A stretch of 64,000 nucleotides of DNA from Eledone cirrhosa (lineage: Eukaryota), in assembly GCA_964016885.1 (NCBI GenBank), contig OZ024746.1, forward strand, positions 7,378,001 through 7,442,000, written 5' to 3'. How positions within the stretch are numbered: the first letter of the stretch is position 1; every line of letters begins with the position of its first letter. Below the pieces are notes generated by a model. The model was not told the DNA's origin, searched no databases, and was given only the letters and a program-made list of their open reading frames with translations. Shown here piece after piece: positions 14,034 to 26,327 of the stretch. A program made the translations under genes and the position numbers.

Positions 14034-15154
14034 TCTGTTAGACATGCAGTGACTAACAACAGAATGTTTTAAGTCTGCGTGTTCTGACATATATGCGTAG
14101 CTTGTGAATAAAATATTCAAGGGTTTCGCTGGCCGTAGTGATCCCTCCCAAACATGTTTTGTAATGTATCGTATTATTGGCTAATTTCATCGTCTTATTG
14201 GCTAATCAACCAATGAGAGTAATTGTTGCTCAAAAGCATCTGCCACTTTGCACGTTTATTTATCGTTTCGCTTTTGAATCTTCCTCCTGTATTTCTTCGT
14301 TTATCATCAAAATATTTTTCTCGTTTTGGTAAGTTATATTGTTAATTTATATATGATTTTTAAAAATTTATATTAACTATTTTTTTTCAGTTCGTTATAA
14401 CTTGCTTATAATATTGGTTGTATCATATTTACTTGTATATTTGTCCATATTATTGTTCGTTTTATGTTAGATTATTTTATTATTATTATGTTAGACTATT
14501 TGTATGTAATATTTAATTTTTATTAATTCAACTATAACAATTATTATGTAAAATATATTTATTTAATAGATTGTTTTTTGTAGTTGTTTATATTAAAAGT
14601 CTGAAAATATTTTTATACATCTTACAATAATATTTATAAGATCATTTATAAAATAACAATTATATAATCTAATTACATTACAACGATAACTTACTATTAA
14701 TATATATCATGTTTAACTAGAGTTATTACAAGCTCAAAAGAGCCACAGAATGTTATAATAAACCTTCAAAAGTGTGGGACTAGAGTTGTTGCTCAAAAAT
14801 ATTGTAATCATTATCTATCGTACACTCTGTGGCATCCTTTTATAAAAAAGAGACTCATAACGAACTCAAGACGACATGATAATTATTTAAGCTAATGTTC
14901 AATATCTCATATTAGATGTTTAGTAATGATTAATACGAAATGCATTTAAACCGAATTCTATATTATAAATTCACTTAAATAATTATTGTGTCGTCTTGAG
15001 TTCGTTATGAGTCTCTTTTTTATAAAAGGATGCCACAGAGTGTACGATAGATAATGATTACAATATTTTTGAGCAACAACTCTAGTCCCACACTTTTGAA
15101 GGTTTATTATAACATTCTGTGGCTCTTTTGAGCTTGCGCATTTTTCAGGTCTAG
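14034..15154 (+). mobile_element. Non-autonomous Helitron-like element with long subterminal inverted repeat
   Basis: Begins TC, ends CTAG and lies between A and T with no TSD. Removing it restores the host repeat unit AATAGTATATATAGAGTAATG exactly as at 15623. Confidence 0.8.
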
Positions 15155-15371
15155 TATAGAGTAATGTAAATGTTATGTGAGATATTATGTGAAAAAAAGC
15201 CTTTACTGTGAAAATACAATAGTATATATAGAATAATGTAAATGTTATGTGAGATATTATGTGAGGTAAAGCCTCTACTGTGAAAATACAATAGTATATA
15301 TAGAGTAATGTAAATGTGATGAGATATTATGTGAGGTAAAGCCTTTACTGTGAAAATACAATAGTATATAT

Positions 15372-15620
15372 CACCTTGACCGACCAGTCTGTCGGGCACC
15401 AATCGGCGCCGCTGGTCACAGCATGCCGCGCTGTTTTAGCCATAAGATAACGCCATCTCACTGGCTGGGCGAGCAGGCCGGTACTCATTTCTACAGCTGA
15501 GTAAACTGGAGCAACGTGAAATAAAGTGTCTTGCTCAAGGAAACAACACATCACCCGGTCCGAGAATTGAACTCACAACCTTTCGATTGCAATGCTCTAA
15601 CCACTAAGCCATGCGCCTTC
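15372..15620 (-). mobile_element. Family A tRNA/CORE-like SINE inserted in minisatellite
   Basis: A box TGGCTTAGTGG, B box GAGTTCAATTC and CORE-like CCTTGAGCAAGACACTTT. TSD ACAATAGTATATAT at 15358-15371 and 15621-15634. Confidence 0.88.
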
Positions 15621-17463
15621 ACAATAGTATATATAGAGTAATGTAAATGTTATGTGAGATATTATGTGAGGTAAAGCCTTTACTGTGAAAATACAATAGT
15701 ACATATAGAGTAATGTAAATGTTATGTGAGGTAAAGCCTTTACTATGGTAATACAATAGTACATATAGAGTAATGTAAATGTTATGTGAGGTAAAGCCTT
15801 TACTATGGTAATACAATAGTACATATAGAGTAATGTAAATGTTATGTGAGGTAAAGCCTTTACTATGGTAATACAATAGTACATATAGAGTAATGTAAAT
15901 GTTATGTGAGGTAAAGCCTTTACTATGGTAATACAATAGTACATATAGAGTAATGTAAATGTTATGTGAGGTAAAGCCTTTACTATGGTAATACAATAGT
16001 ACATATAGAGTAATGTAAATGTTATGTGAGGTAAAGCCTTTACTATGGTAATACAATAGTACATATAGAGTAATGTAAATGTTATGTGAGGTAAAGCCTT
16101 TACTATGGTAATACAATAGTACATATAGAGTAATGTAAATGTTATGTGAGGTAAAGCCTTTACTGTGAAAATACAATAGTACATATAGAGTAATGTAAAT
16201 GTTATGTGAGGTAAAGCCTTTACTATGGTAATACAATAGTACATATAGAGTAATGTAAATGTTATGTGAGGTAAAGCCTTTACTATGGTAATACAATAGT
16301 ACATATAGAGTAATGTAAATGTTATGTGAGGTAAAGCCTTTACTATGGTAATACAATAGTACATATAGAGTAATGTAAATGTTATGTGAGGTAAAGCCTT
16401 TACTATGGTAATACAATAGTACATATAGAGTAATGTAAATGTTATGTGAAGTAAAGCCTTTACTGTGAAAATACAATAGTACATATAGAGTAATGTAAAT
16501 GTTATGTGAGGTAAAGCCTTTACTATGGTAATACAATAGTACATATAGAGTAATGTAAATGTTATGTGAGGTAAAGCCTTTACTATGGTAATACAATAGT
16601 ACATATAGAGTAATGTAAATGTTATGTGAGGTAAAGCCTTTACTATGGTAATACAATAGTACATATAGAGTAATGTAAATGTTATGTGAGGTAAAGCCTT
16701 TACTATGGTAATACAATAGTACATATAGAGTAATGTAAATGTTATGTGAGGTAAAGCCTTTACTGTGAAAATACAATAGTACATATAGAGTAATGTAAAT
16801 GTTATGTGAGGTAAAGCCTTTACTATGGTAATACAATAGTACATATAGAGTAATGTAAATGTTATGTGAGGTAAAGCCTTTACTATGGTAATACAATAGT
16901 ACATATAGAGTAATGTAAATGTTATGTGAGGTAAAGCCTTTACTATGGTAATACAATAGTACATATAGAGTAATGTAAATGTTATGTGAGGTAAAGCCTT
17001 TACTATGGTAATACAATAGTACATATAGAGTAATGTAAATGTTATGTGAAGTAAAGCCTTTACTGTGAAAATACAATAGTACATATAGAGTAATGTAAAT
17101 GTTATGTGAGGTAAAGCCTTTACTATGGTAATACAATAGTACATATAGAGTAATGTAAATGTTATGTGAGGTAAAGCCTTTACTATGGTAATACAATAGT
17201 ACATATAGAGTAATGTAAATGTTATGTGAGGTAAAGCCTTTACTATGGTAATACAATAGTACATATAGAGTAATGTAAATGTTATGTGAGGTAAAGCCTT
17301 TACTGTGAAAATACAATAGTACATATAGAGTAATGTAAATGTTATGTGAGGTAAAGCCTTTACTATGGTAATACAATAGTACATATAGAGTAATGTAAAT
17401 GTTATGTGAGGTAAAGCCTTTACTATGGTAATACAATAGTACATATAGAGTAATGTAAATGTT
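15621..17463. repeat. 60-bp minisatellite (about 30 units) with higher-order periodicity
   Basis: Successive 60-nt lines are identical except for diagnostic variants. Degenerate units extend left to about 13990. Confidence 0.98.
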
Positions 17464-17610
17464 AAAATATATGAAAATAAAAAAATAAATAATTTGAAGA
17501 AGACAATCTAAGGTTGAAGATATAATTGATTCAATACCTGTATATTGATTGCTGTTTATTGGTTCTAGAAAGAAGGGGAGCAACATCAACCCCAAATGGG
17601 TGTTGAACTA

Positions 17611-17806
17611 CAAGGGTAGGATGAAAAGTTCAAAGGCTGACTATGAAGGAGTGATGCTAGAGCTGTGAAATCTTGCATGCATTAATTTCAACTTTTCTTA
17701 TTAACAACTGTATTGTTTCTTTGTAGGGTCTATGTTGAAAAATAAAGCTCATTCGGTCATTCCATGAGAGTATCTTGGTCAGCCTATGAACTTTTCAGCT
17801 GGTCCT
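17611..17806. mobile_element. mariner-type MITE
   Basis: TIRs CAAGGGTAGGATGAAAAGTTCAAAGGCTGAC / GTCAGCCTATGAACTTTTCAGC. A second, partly deleted copy lies at 33210-33366. Confidence 0.75.
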
Positions 17807-18557
17807 AATAAAAAAATGACATCAACCAATCTACTTGCTTTTGAATATGCAATGACTTTTTATTACCAAAGCAATTTTTATGTAAGGAAGGATATTGTTT
17901 AAATTGACACCAGTATATAGCTGGTACATGTTTTATCAGACCGAGGAGTTTAAAGATATGGTTGTCTTTAGCAGAATTTGAATACAGAGTATAGAGGTAA
18001 CAAACTTTTGATACTAACCCGGCCAAAGCCACCCCTGGTTCTATCAAAGAGAACCACCAATTTTAAACAATTCCTGTATCAATTTATATCTTCCAACATG
18101 ATATCATATAAGAACAATATATCAAGTTATTATATTAGGAATGAAATAATTAAACATTTGGGTAAATCCTTCAAAATTTTGCATTAATTAATTGAAAGAA
18201 AGTATATTTCAATTATAAATATGGTAATGAAAGGGTTAAAACAACTGCAGGATTGTCATATACCACGCTACAAACATCAAGAAGAGGCAAAGAAAATCCA
18301 GGTTTGATAGAATGCTTTGCAGTGTTTGTTCCGGCTCTCTGCTCCTTGAGTTCAAATCCTGTTGAGGTCAACTTGGCCTTTCATCCTTTAGAGGTCGATA
18401 AAAAAAGTATCAGTATATTACTGGGTTTGATTTTTCCTCTATGTCTCTCACTCTTTCTATCCTTCTCTGGAAGAAATCTGCCATGTTCAGACTTGGAGAG
18501 GAGATGGGCTCCTCTCGGTTTTAAAATGCTCACAAAATGTAGTATATCACAACAACA

Positions 18558-18815
18558 CCCCTACACCAGCAGGAGGTATGGGACCATACTATTATAACCC
18601 CTACACCAGCAGGAGTTATGGGACCATACTATTATAACCCCTACACCAGCAGGAGTTATGGGACCATACTATTATAACCTACACACCAGCAGGAGTTATG
18701 GGACCATACTATTATAACCTACACACCAGCTGGAGTTATGGGACCATACTATTATAACCTACACACCAGCAGGAGTAATGGGACCATACTATTATAACCC
18801 CTACACCAGCAGGAC
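18558..18815. repeat. 40-bp minisatellite at the end of a family-B SINE variant (SINE about 18300-18557)
   Basis: Unit ACCCCTACACCAGCAGGAGTTATGGGACCATACTATTATA. A single related copy sits in the SINE tail at about 44965-45000. Confidence 0.85.
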
Positions 18816-19353
18816 CGTACTATATAAAGTGACAGTTGAAATCAATGAAACAGTTTAATAATACAACAACTAGATGTGCAACAGTTGAACAACAGTTTAA
18901 TAATACAACAAATAGATGTGCAATTCTGCAAGTCTTAGCATGTTTTCAACAACTCCAATGGAAAACAAAAGAAATTATGTAGTTATTTGCAGCTGGCCTA
19001 CAAATCTAAATAAGCCTATTTCTATACAATACATTTCATAGATTTATGAATGAAAATAAGTTGACATACACACACATATATATATATATTTATATACATA
19101 CACATATATAAATATATATATATAGATAAATTCCTACATGTATAAGGACATTTGTACATGTATATTTGTGAGATTAATAGATAGATGGTTGGGCATCTCT
19201 CTCACTTTCATATATATATATATATGTGTGTGTATATATATATATATAATCCTAGTAATATAAACAAAATGAATTCCAATATTTTTACTTAAAGACTTAC
19301 ATTTACCATTTTACTGTAAGTCAGGTTATTAACATGTCTTAACCCTTTACTAG

Positions 19354-19840
19354 TTACATTACTCTATATATACTATTGTATTTTCACAGTAAAGGCTTTA
19401 TCTCACATACCATTTACATTACTCTATATATACTATTGTATTTTCACAGTAAAGGCTTTACCTCACATACCATTGTATTTTCACAGTAAAGGCTTTACCT
19501 CACATAACATTTACATTACTCTATATATACTATTGTATTTTCACAGTAAAGGCTTTATCTCACATACCATTTACATTACTCTATATATACTATTGTATTT
19601 TCACAGTAAAGGCTTTACCTCACATAACATTTACATTACTCTATATATAGTATTGTATTTTCACAGTAAAGGCTTTACCTCACATACCATTTACATTACT
19701 CTATATATACTATTGTATTTTCACAGTAAAGGCTTTACCTCACATAACATTTACATTACTCTATATATACTATTGTATTTTCACAGTAAAGGCTTTATCT
19801 CACATAACATTTACATTACTCTATATATACTATTGTATTT
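19354..19840. repeat. Inverted array of the 60-bp minisatellite
   Basis: Unit TTACATTACTCTATATATACTATTGTATTTTCACAGTAAAGGCTTTACCTCACATAACAT is the reverse complement of the 15155-17463 unit. Confidence 0.95.
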
Positions 19841-19864
19841 TCTGTTATCACAAAGTCAACTTAA

Positions 19865-20733
19865 CCCTTTCATCACCACATTTCTAATGAAATACACTAT
19901 CTTAATTAATTAATGAATGAATGAAGAATTTTGAGGGATTTACTAAAATTATTAATTATTACATTACTAGAATAGTTAACTTAATATATAAAAAGAGGGA
20001 TCAGATGTTGTTTACTCGAGAGAAGGCTACGTTGGTATGGACACGTGATGCGCATGAAAGTCGATAGCTGTATAACAAAGTGCAGGGCAATAAAGATAGA
20101 CGGTAGCCACGGAATAGGCAGACCTAGAAAAACCTGGGACGAGCTGATAAACTCCGACATCACACACTTACACCTCTCCAAGACAATGTCACTGGACCGA
20201 GACCTTTGGCGGTACTCAGTAACAGAGAAGACCCGCCTTACCTACATATATAGTAAAACCTACTCCAACCAGTAGGCATCTCTAACAAAATACACCCCGT
20301 CCCACCACCACCATCCCCACCCCATCCCATCCACACCACCCCGCTCTATGTAAAGTTATGTTGGTGCCGCGCCATAGGCCGAAACAAATGAGATCGTGTA
20401 GGTGTCACGACAAAAAAACACACAGTCCACACTGTAATGTGGCCGTGTAGGCAACACGGTAAAAACCTCCCAGACCCACACTGTAAATGTGGTTGGTGTT
20501 AGGAAGGGCATCCAACTGTAGAAAACCTGCCAGACAGTCCTATGCGAGCAAGACAATCACTCTTGCCTCAAGTGGGACTACCCCCGTCCAAACCCATGCA
20601 AGCGTGGAACACGGACGTTAAACGTTGATGATGATGATGATGATATTGGAAGATTTTATTTAAATAGGAAACCTTTAAAATGGTTGGTTTTATAGAAGCA
20701 GAGCTGGTTTTGGCTGGGTTGATAACTAAAGGG
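19865..20733. mobile_element. piggyBac-like MITE interrupted by an RTE 3' fragment (about 19990-20645, + strand)
   Basis: TTAA-CCCTTT ... AAAGGG-TTAG termini. The flanking halves match the reverse complement of the intact copy at 23487-23714. The insert encodes RLRWYGHVMRM..GRPRKTW and ends in (GAT)n. Confidence 0.8.
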
Positions 20734-21184
20734 TTAGGGAAGACAAATTACTACCACAACTCAACACAACACACATATCAATGGTTAACAGTAGGAAAGG
20801 TATTTAATCCTTTCATGACTGTTCTACACCTTAATTACCAACTGAAATCTATTTTCAGTTCATTTAATCAATACTCAATATTTAAGTATTTAACTAACTA
20901 GTTAAACGAAGGAATTCATGTCTAACCTGCCAGTTTGTTGGTGTGGTTATTTTAAAAAAAAATCATTTCTTCTTTTATCATTCAGATAAGAAATGGCAGT
21001 GCTATGATTTCAGGACCTCTCAGATTGTTGGGAGAAATAAGTTATTCTCAGACCAGAATTATTGCAACAGAAAAGACTTCCCTAAAATCAACCAATGACA
21101 AGATGGGAGTGTTGAAATGGGTGACAGTTTTAAGGTGGAAATTATTAACTGACAAAATATCAAATTTTGAAAAGCTATAATATG

Positions 21185-21548
21185 GTAGAGGTGTTGGTGA
21201 TGATTAAATGTACCCAGTACATTCTGTAAAGTAGTAGAGGTGTTGGTGTGATGATTAAATGTACCCAGTACATTCTGTAAAGTAGTAGAGGTGTTGGTGT
21301 GATGATTAAATGTACCCAGTACATTCTGTAAAGTAGTAGAGGTGTTGGTGATGATTAAATGTACCCAGTACATTCTGTAAAGTAGTAGAGGTGTTGGTGT
21401 GATGATTAAATGTACCCAGTACATTCTGTAAAGTAGTAGAGGTGTTGGTGTGATGATTAAATGTACCCAGTACATTCTGTAAAGTAGTAGAGGTGTTGGT
21501 GTGATGATTAAATGTATCCAGTACATTCTGTAAAGTGGTAGAGGTGTT
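21185..21548 (+). repeat. 51-bp minisatellite derived from the RTE 3'UTR
   Basis: Unit GTACCCAGTACATTCTGTAAAGTAGTAGAGGTGTTGGTGTGATGATTAAAT runs into a degenerate RTE 3' terminus ending at about 21668. Confidence 0.85.
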
Positions 21549-22484
21549 AAGAGGGGCCACAAGCAGTAGTAACCATGCCAAAATGGAACAGTATCAGCAA
21601 GATGTTATCAACTGACCTCTGACCAGTCTAGTCTCATGCCAGCTTGGAAAAGGGACATAAAATGATGCTAGTATAACATTTTATTCTCAGGTCCCAAATA
21701 ATGAATGGTGGAATAAGCATGGGGACTTGGAAATTAGTTAGTTTACATATTGAAACCTCAACCCATCCTATTTATTTTATATGAGATTTTTAGTAATGTA
21801 CTTTTTTGTCATGTATAATGTTTTTTAATGTCTAAAGAAGATTAATTGTCGCAGGAATGCTACCACTTAAAATAAAATTTCGCTGGAGATAGATTAAAAT
21901 TTAATAAGGTGGGGAGGGCATGGAATAAGAGCGGGGATGGTGAAAAATCTAAAAAAATTAATAGGCAAAGGTGGGGGGAGGACATCCATGACAGACACAA
22001 GGCCCAAGAGTATGTAAAAGTAAAAAAGGAAAAGAAAAAGAAAATTGTTTGATCTGCATGTTGAAAATAGTAAGTAGTATAACTCGATGACTTGTGATTC
22101 ATTGTTAGCAAGATAACTTAAGCTAGTAGTTTCATTTAAACAATGTATTGACTTAATTACATAGCAACTTTGAAAACTATTTGGAGTATGGCCTGAAATA
22201 TTTGGTCTCCCTACTCATAAGGGGTGCTAACAAGTATAGTGGTTACAAAGGTAAGGTGTTACACTACTGGGTCAACTTTAAACATTGTCACAACCATTCT
22301 TGTAACATTCACTTCAAAGCAGATTTGTGTCAATCTTTTCAGTTGAGACTGTATTGTGGGTTGGATAGAGAGACTAGCTGTCTCACAACAGTTGTGCTAG
22401 ATCATCCCTGATCAGACTTATAATTGTTACTCTATTCTCATTACTATATATTAGTCCCAAAACTCTATGCCAAGATTAAAAAAT

Positions 22485-23250
22485 ACCCAGTCCACACTGT
22501 AAAGTGGTTGTGTAGGTGTCTTGATAAACAGGACCCAGTACACACTGTAAAGTGGTTGTGTAGGTGTCACAACAAACAGGACCCAGTCCACACTGTAAAG
22601 TGGTTGTGTAGGTGTCATGACAAACAGCACCCAGTCCATACTGTAAAGTGGTTGTGTAGGTGTCACAACAAACAGGACCCAGTCCACACTGTAAAGTGGT
22701 TGTGTAGGTGTCACAACAAACAGGACCCAGTCCACACTGTAAAGTGGTTGTGTAGGTGTCACAACAAACAGGACCCAGTCCACACTGTAAAGTGGTTGTG
22801 TAGGTGTCACGATAAACAGGACCCAGTACACACTGTAAAGTGGTTGTGTAGGTGTCACAACAAACAGGACCCAGTCCACACTGTAAAGTGGTTGTGTAGG
22901 TGTCACGACAAACAGGACCCAGTCCACACTGTAAAGTGGTTGTGTAGGTGTCACGATAAACAGGACCCAGTACACACTGTAAAGTGGTTGTGTAGGTGTC
23001 ACGATAAACAGGACCCAGTACACACTGTAATGTGGTCATGTAGTTACCATGACAGAAAGTGCCCAGTCCACACTGTAATGTGGTCATGTAGGTGTCATGA
23101 CAAACAGTACCCAGTCCACACTGTAATGTGGTCATGTAGTTACCATGACAGAAAGTGCCCAGTCTACACAGTAAAGTGGTCATGTAGTTACCATGACAGA
23201 AAGTGCGCAGTAGACACTGTAAAGTGGTTGTGCAGGTGTCCCGACAAAAA
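22485..23250 (+). repeat. 48-bp minisatellite derived from the RTE 3'UTR
   Basis: Unit ACCCAGTCCACACTGTAAAGTGGTTGTGTAGGTGTCACAACAAACAGG matches the LINE UTR at 8685-8730. Confidence 0.93.
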
Positions 23251-23264
23251 CCACCCCACCTTAA

Positions 23265-23714
23265 CTCTTTTGAAACCTAACTATCTAAAACCACCCTTAG
23301 TTCTACAATACAAAACTGCTTATTTTAAAGTGCATATTTATTTAATCTTGCATAATTTCATGCAAGACCCTTTAAACTATACTCCAAGCACCAGCTTAAT
23401 AATAAGAATGTTACATTACTAAATACTTCTAAATCCTTAATTATTTTCAAAATGTTCATTAGAAATATGATAATGAAAAGGGTTAACCCTTTAGTTACCA
23501 ACCCAGCTAAAACCAGCTCTGGTTTTATGAAATAAAGCCACCCATTTTAAAGGATTCCAATTTCAATTAAAATCTTCCAACATAATTTTATATAAGAACC
23601 TTACATTAAGTTACTATCTTAGTAATGAAATAATTCATAATTTTAGTAAATCACTAAACATTCTTCATTAATTAAAATAGAGTGTATTTCATTAGAAATG
23701 CCATCATGAAAGGG
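23265..23714. mobile_element. Two tandem piggyBac-like MITEs sharing one TTAA
   Basis: TTAA(23261)-CTCTTT...AAAGGG-TTAA(23483)-CCCTTT...AAAGGG-TTAA(23715). Confidence 0.8.
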
Positions 23715-23807
23715 TTAATGATATAAAGTGTTAGGGAAATGATTACCACCACAACACACATTTCAATGGTTTGCAGTAGGAAGGGTATTTAGCTGTGAAA
23801 ACACTCA

Positions 23808-24172
23808 AAGAATAAAAATATACCCAGCTAACATAAAAAAACATACTTTAAGAATAAAAATATACCCAGCTAACATAAAACAAACATATTTAAGAATAAA
23901 AATATACACAGCTAACATAAAAAAATATACTTTAAGAATAAAAATATACCCAGCTAACATAAAAAAATATACTTTAAGAATAAAAATATACCCAGCTAAC
24001 ATAAAACAAACATATTTAAGAATAAAAATATACCCAGCTAACATAAAAAAACATACTTTAAGAATAAAAATATACCCAGCTAACATAAAAAAATATACTT
24101 TAAGAATAAAAATATACACAGCTAACACAAAAAACATACTTTAAGAATAAAAATATACCCAGCTAACATAGA
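23808..24172. repeat. 42-bp A-rich minisatellite
   Basis: Unit AAGAATAAAAATATACCCAGCTAACATAAAAAAACATACTTT. Confidence 0.93.
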
Positions 24173-24459
24173 AAACGGAAAACAAATTAATCAATAAAAT
24201 AATGTAAAATATTAAAATTTTCTAGAAGTCACACTTAAAATATTTCTAAGGCAATTCAAGAGAAAATAACCTTTTGGGAAAAACCTAACTTCAATTTTAT
24301 ATATTACTCTAAAACATTAAAGTATATTAATTATTGAAACCAAAGGGGAAATCTTATATGATCTCTTTCTAAATTATGTGTGTTGATGAGTGATACATAC
24401 ACTATATACACATACAGTATACACACATTAGAAGAAATACCAACTTCTGGGTGGTTTTC

Positions 24460-24582
24460 TGCTAGACAGTCCTATGCGAGCAAGACAACCACTCTTGCCT
24501 CAAGTGGGAAAACTCCCGTCCAAACCCATGCAAGCATGGAACACGGACGTTAAACGATGATGATGATGATGATGATGATGAT
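24460..24582 (+). mobile_element. Very short RTE 3' terminus with (GAT)n tail
   Basis: Nearly identical to 20530-20645. Confidence 0.85.
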
Positions 24583-24961
24583 GTAGTAGGTATGTGTGTT
24601 TTATAATATTTACAAATGTATGCAAAGTAAAAACTAGATTTTTGACATGTAAATGATAGAAACTTGTACCGCTATATTTCATATTGCAGTTTAATTCAAT
24701 TTAATAAACGTTTATCTTCTACAATATTGTGATCCCAATTGGAATGAAGAAATATGGGATATAATCCAGTATTAAACAGAGACATGATTGAAATAGCCCA
24801 GAATATTCTAGGAGATTCTATCATATCCCAGAGTTGACTTCCTTTTTCCAAAGTTGATAAAACAAATATCAGACAAAACGGATTCTGGTTCAACAATACA
24901 AAACTGTCAATGTTTATCTTAAAAGCCTATCATAAAATTACATAAGAATCTTTAACTCTTT

Positions 24962-25295
24962 TGTGAAGGCACATTGGCTTAGTGGTTAGAGCATTGGGCT
25001 TACGATTGTAAGGTTGTGAGTTCAAGTCCCAAACCAGGTGGTGCGTTGTGTTCTTGAACAAGGCACTTTATTTCACGTTTACTCAGCTGTAGAAATGATT
25101 TGCAATGTCACTTGTGCCAAGCTATATTGACCATTGCCTTTCCCTTGGACAACATTAGTGGTGTGGAGAGGGGAGACTGGTATACATGGCCAATTGCTGG
25201 TCTTCCACAAACAACCTTGCCCAGACTTGTGCCTTGCAGGGAAATTTTTTTGGTGTAAATCCCATGGTCATTTGTGACTGAAAGGGGTCTCTATC
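24962..25295 (+). mobile_element. Full-length family A SINE
   Basis: A box TGGCTTAGTGG, B box GAGTTCAAGTCC, CORE-like domain and a tail shared with 9088-9432. Flanked by TTTAACTC. Confidence 0.88.
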
Positions 25296-25357
25296 TTTTT
25301 AACTCATTAACATATGTTATGTCTAATGAACGCCCATATTTTTTTTAAATATAAACA

Positions 25358-26327
25358 TGTGGCTGTCCTCAATAGTTAGTGTGGCTTCCCTCACTAGTTA
25401 GTGTGGCTTCCCTCACTAGTTAGTGTGGCTTCCCTCACTAGTTAGTGTGGCTTCCCTCACTAGTTAGTGTGGCTTCCCTCACTAGTTAGTGTGGCTATCC
25501 TCACTAGTTAGTGTGGCTATCCTCACTAGTTAGTGTGGCTATCCTCACTAGTTAGTGTGGCTATCCTCACTAGTTAGTGTGGCTATCCTCACTAGTTAGT
25601 GTGGCTATCCTCACTAGTTAGTGTGGCTTCCCTCACTAGTCAGTGTGGTTTCCCTCACTAGTTAGTGTGGCTATCCTCACTAGCTAGTGTGGCTATCCTC
25701 ACTAGTTAGTGTGGCTATCTTCACTAGTTAGTGTGGCTATCTTCACTAGTTAGTGTGGCTATCCTCACTAGTTAGTGTGGCTATCCTCACTAGTTAGTGT
25801 GGCTATCCTCACTAGTTAGTGTGGCTGTCCGCATTAGTTAGTGTGGCTGTCCGCATTAGTTAGTGTGGCTGTCCGCATTAGTTAGTGTGGCTGTCCGCAT
25901 TAGTTAGTGTGGCTGTCCGCATTAGTTAGTGTGGCTGTCCGCATTAGTTAGTGTGGCTGTCCGCGTTAGTTAGTGTGGCTTCCCTCACTAGTTAGAGTGG
26001 CTTCCCTCACTAGTTAGTGTGGCTTCCCTCACTAGTTAGAGTGGCTTCCCTCACTAGTTAGAGTGGCTTCCCTCACTAGTTAGAGTGGCTTCCCTCACTA
26101 GTTAGAGTGGCTTCCCTCACTAGTTAGAGTGGCTTCCCTCACTAGTTAGAGTGGCTTCCCTCACTAGTTAGTGTGGCTTCCCTCACTAATTAGTGTGGCT
26201 GTCCGCATTAGTTAGTGTGGCTTCCCTCATTAGTTAGTGTGGCTTCCCTCACTAGTTAGTGTGGCTTCCCTCACTAGTTAGTGTGGCTGTCCGCATTAGT
26301 GTGGCTTCCCTCACTAGTTAGTGTGGC
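25358..26327. repeat. 22-bp minisatellite TAGTTAGTGTGGCTTCCCTCAC with clustered variant blocks
   Basis: Direct inspection. Confidence 0.97.

Noticed and set aside
15597-17595. 615-aa and 658-aa ORFs
   Set aside because: They are translations of a stop-free 60-bp tandem repeat, open in more than one frame, with no protein-like features.
20988-21180. Plus-strand acceptor followed by a short open frame
   Set aside because: There is no recognisable homology or convincing donor.
22424-23422. Cys/His-rich repeat ORF resembling a metal-binding protein
   Set aside because: The unit derives from the non-coding RTE 3'UTR.
24962-25040. tRNA-like sequences with A and B boxes
   Set aside because: They are SINE heads continuing into shared SINE bodies, with no complete cloverleaf.
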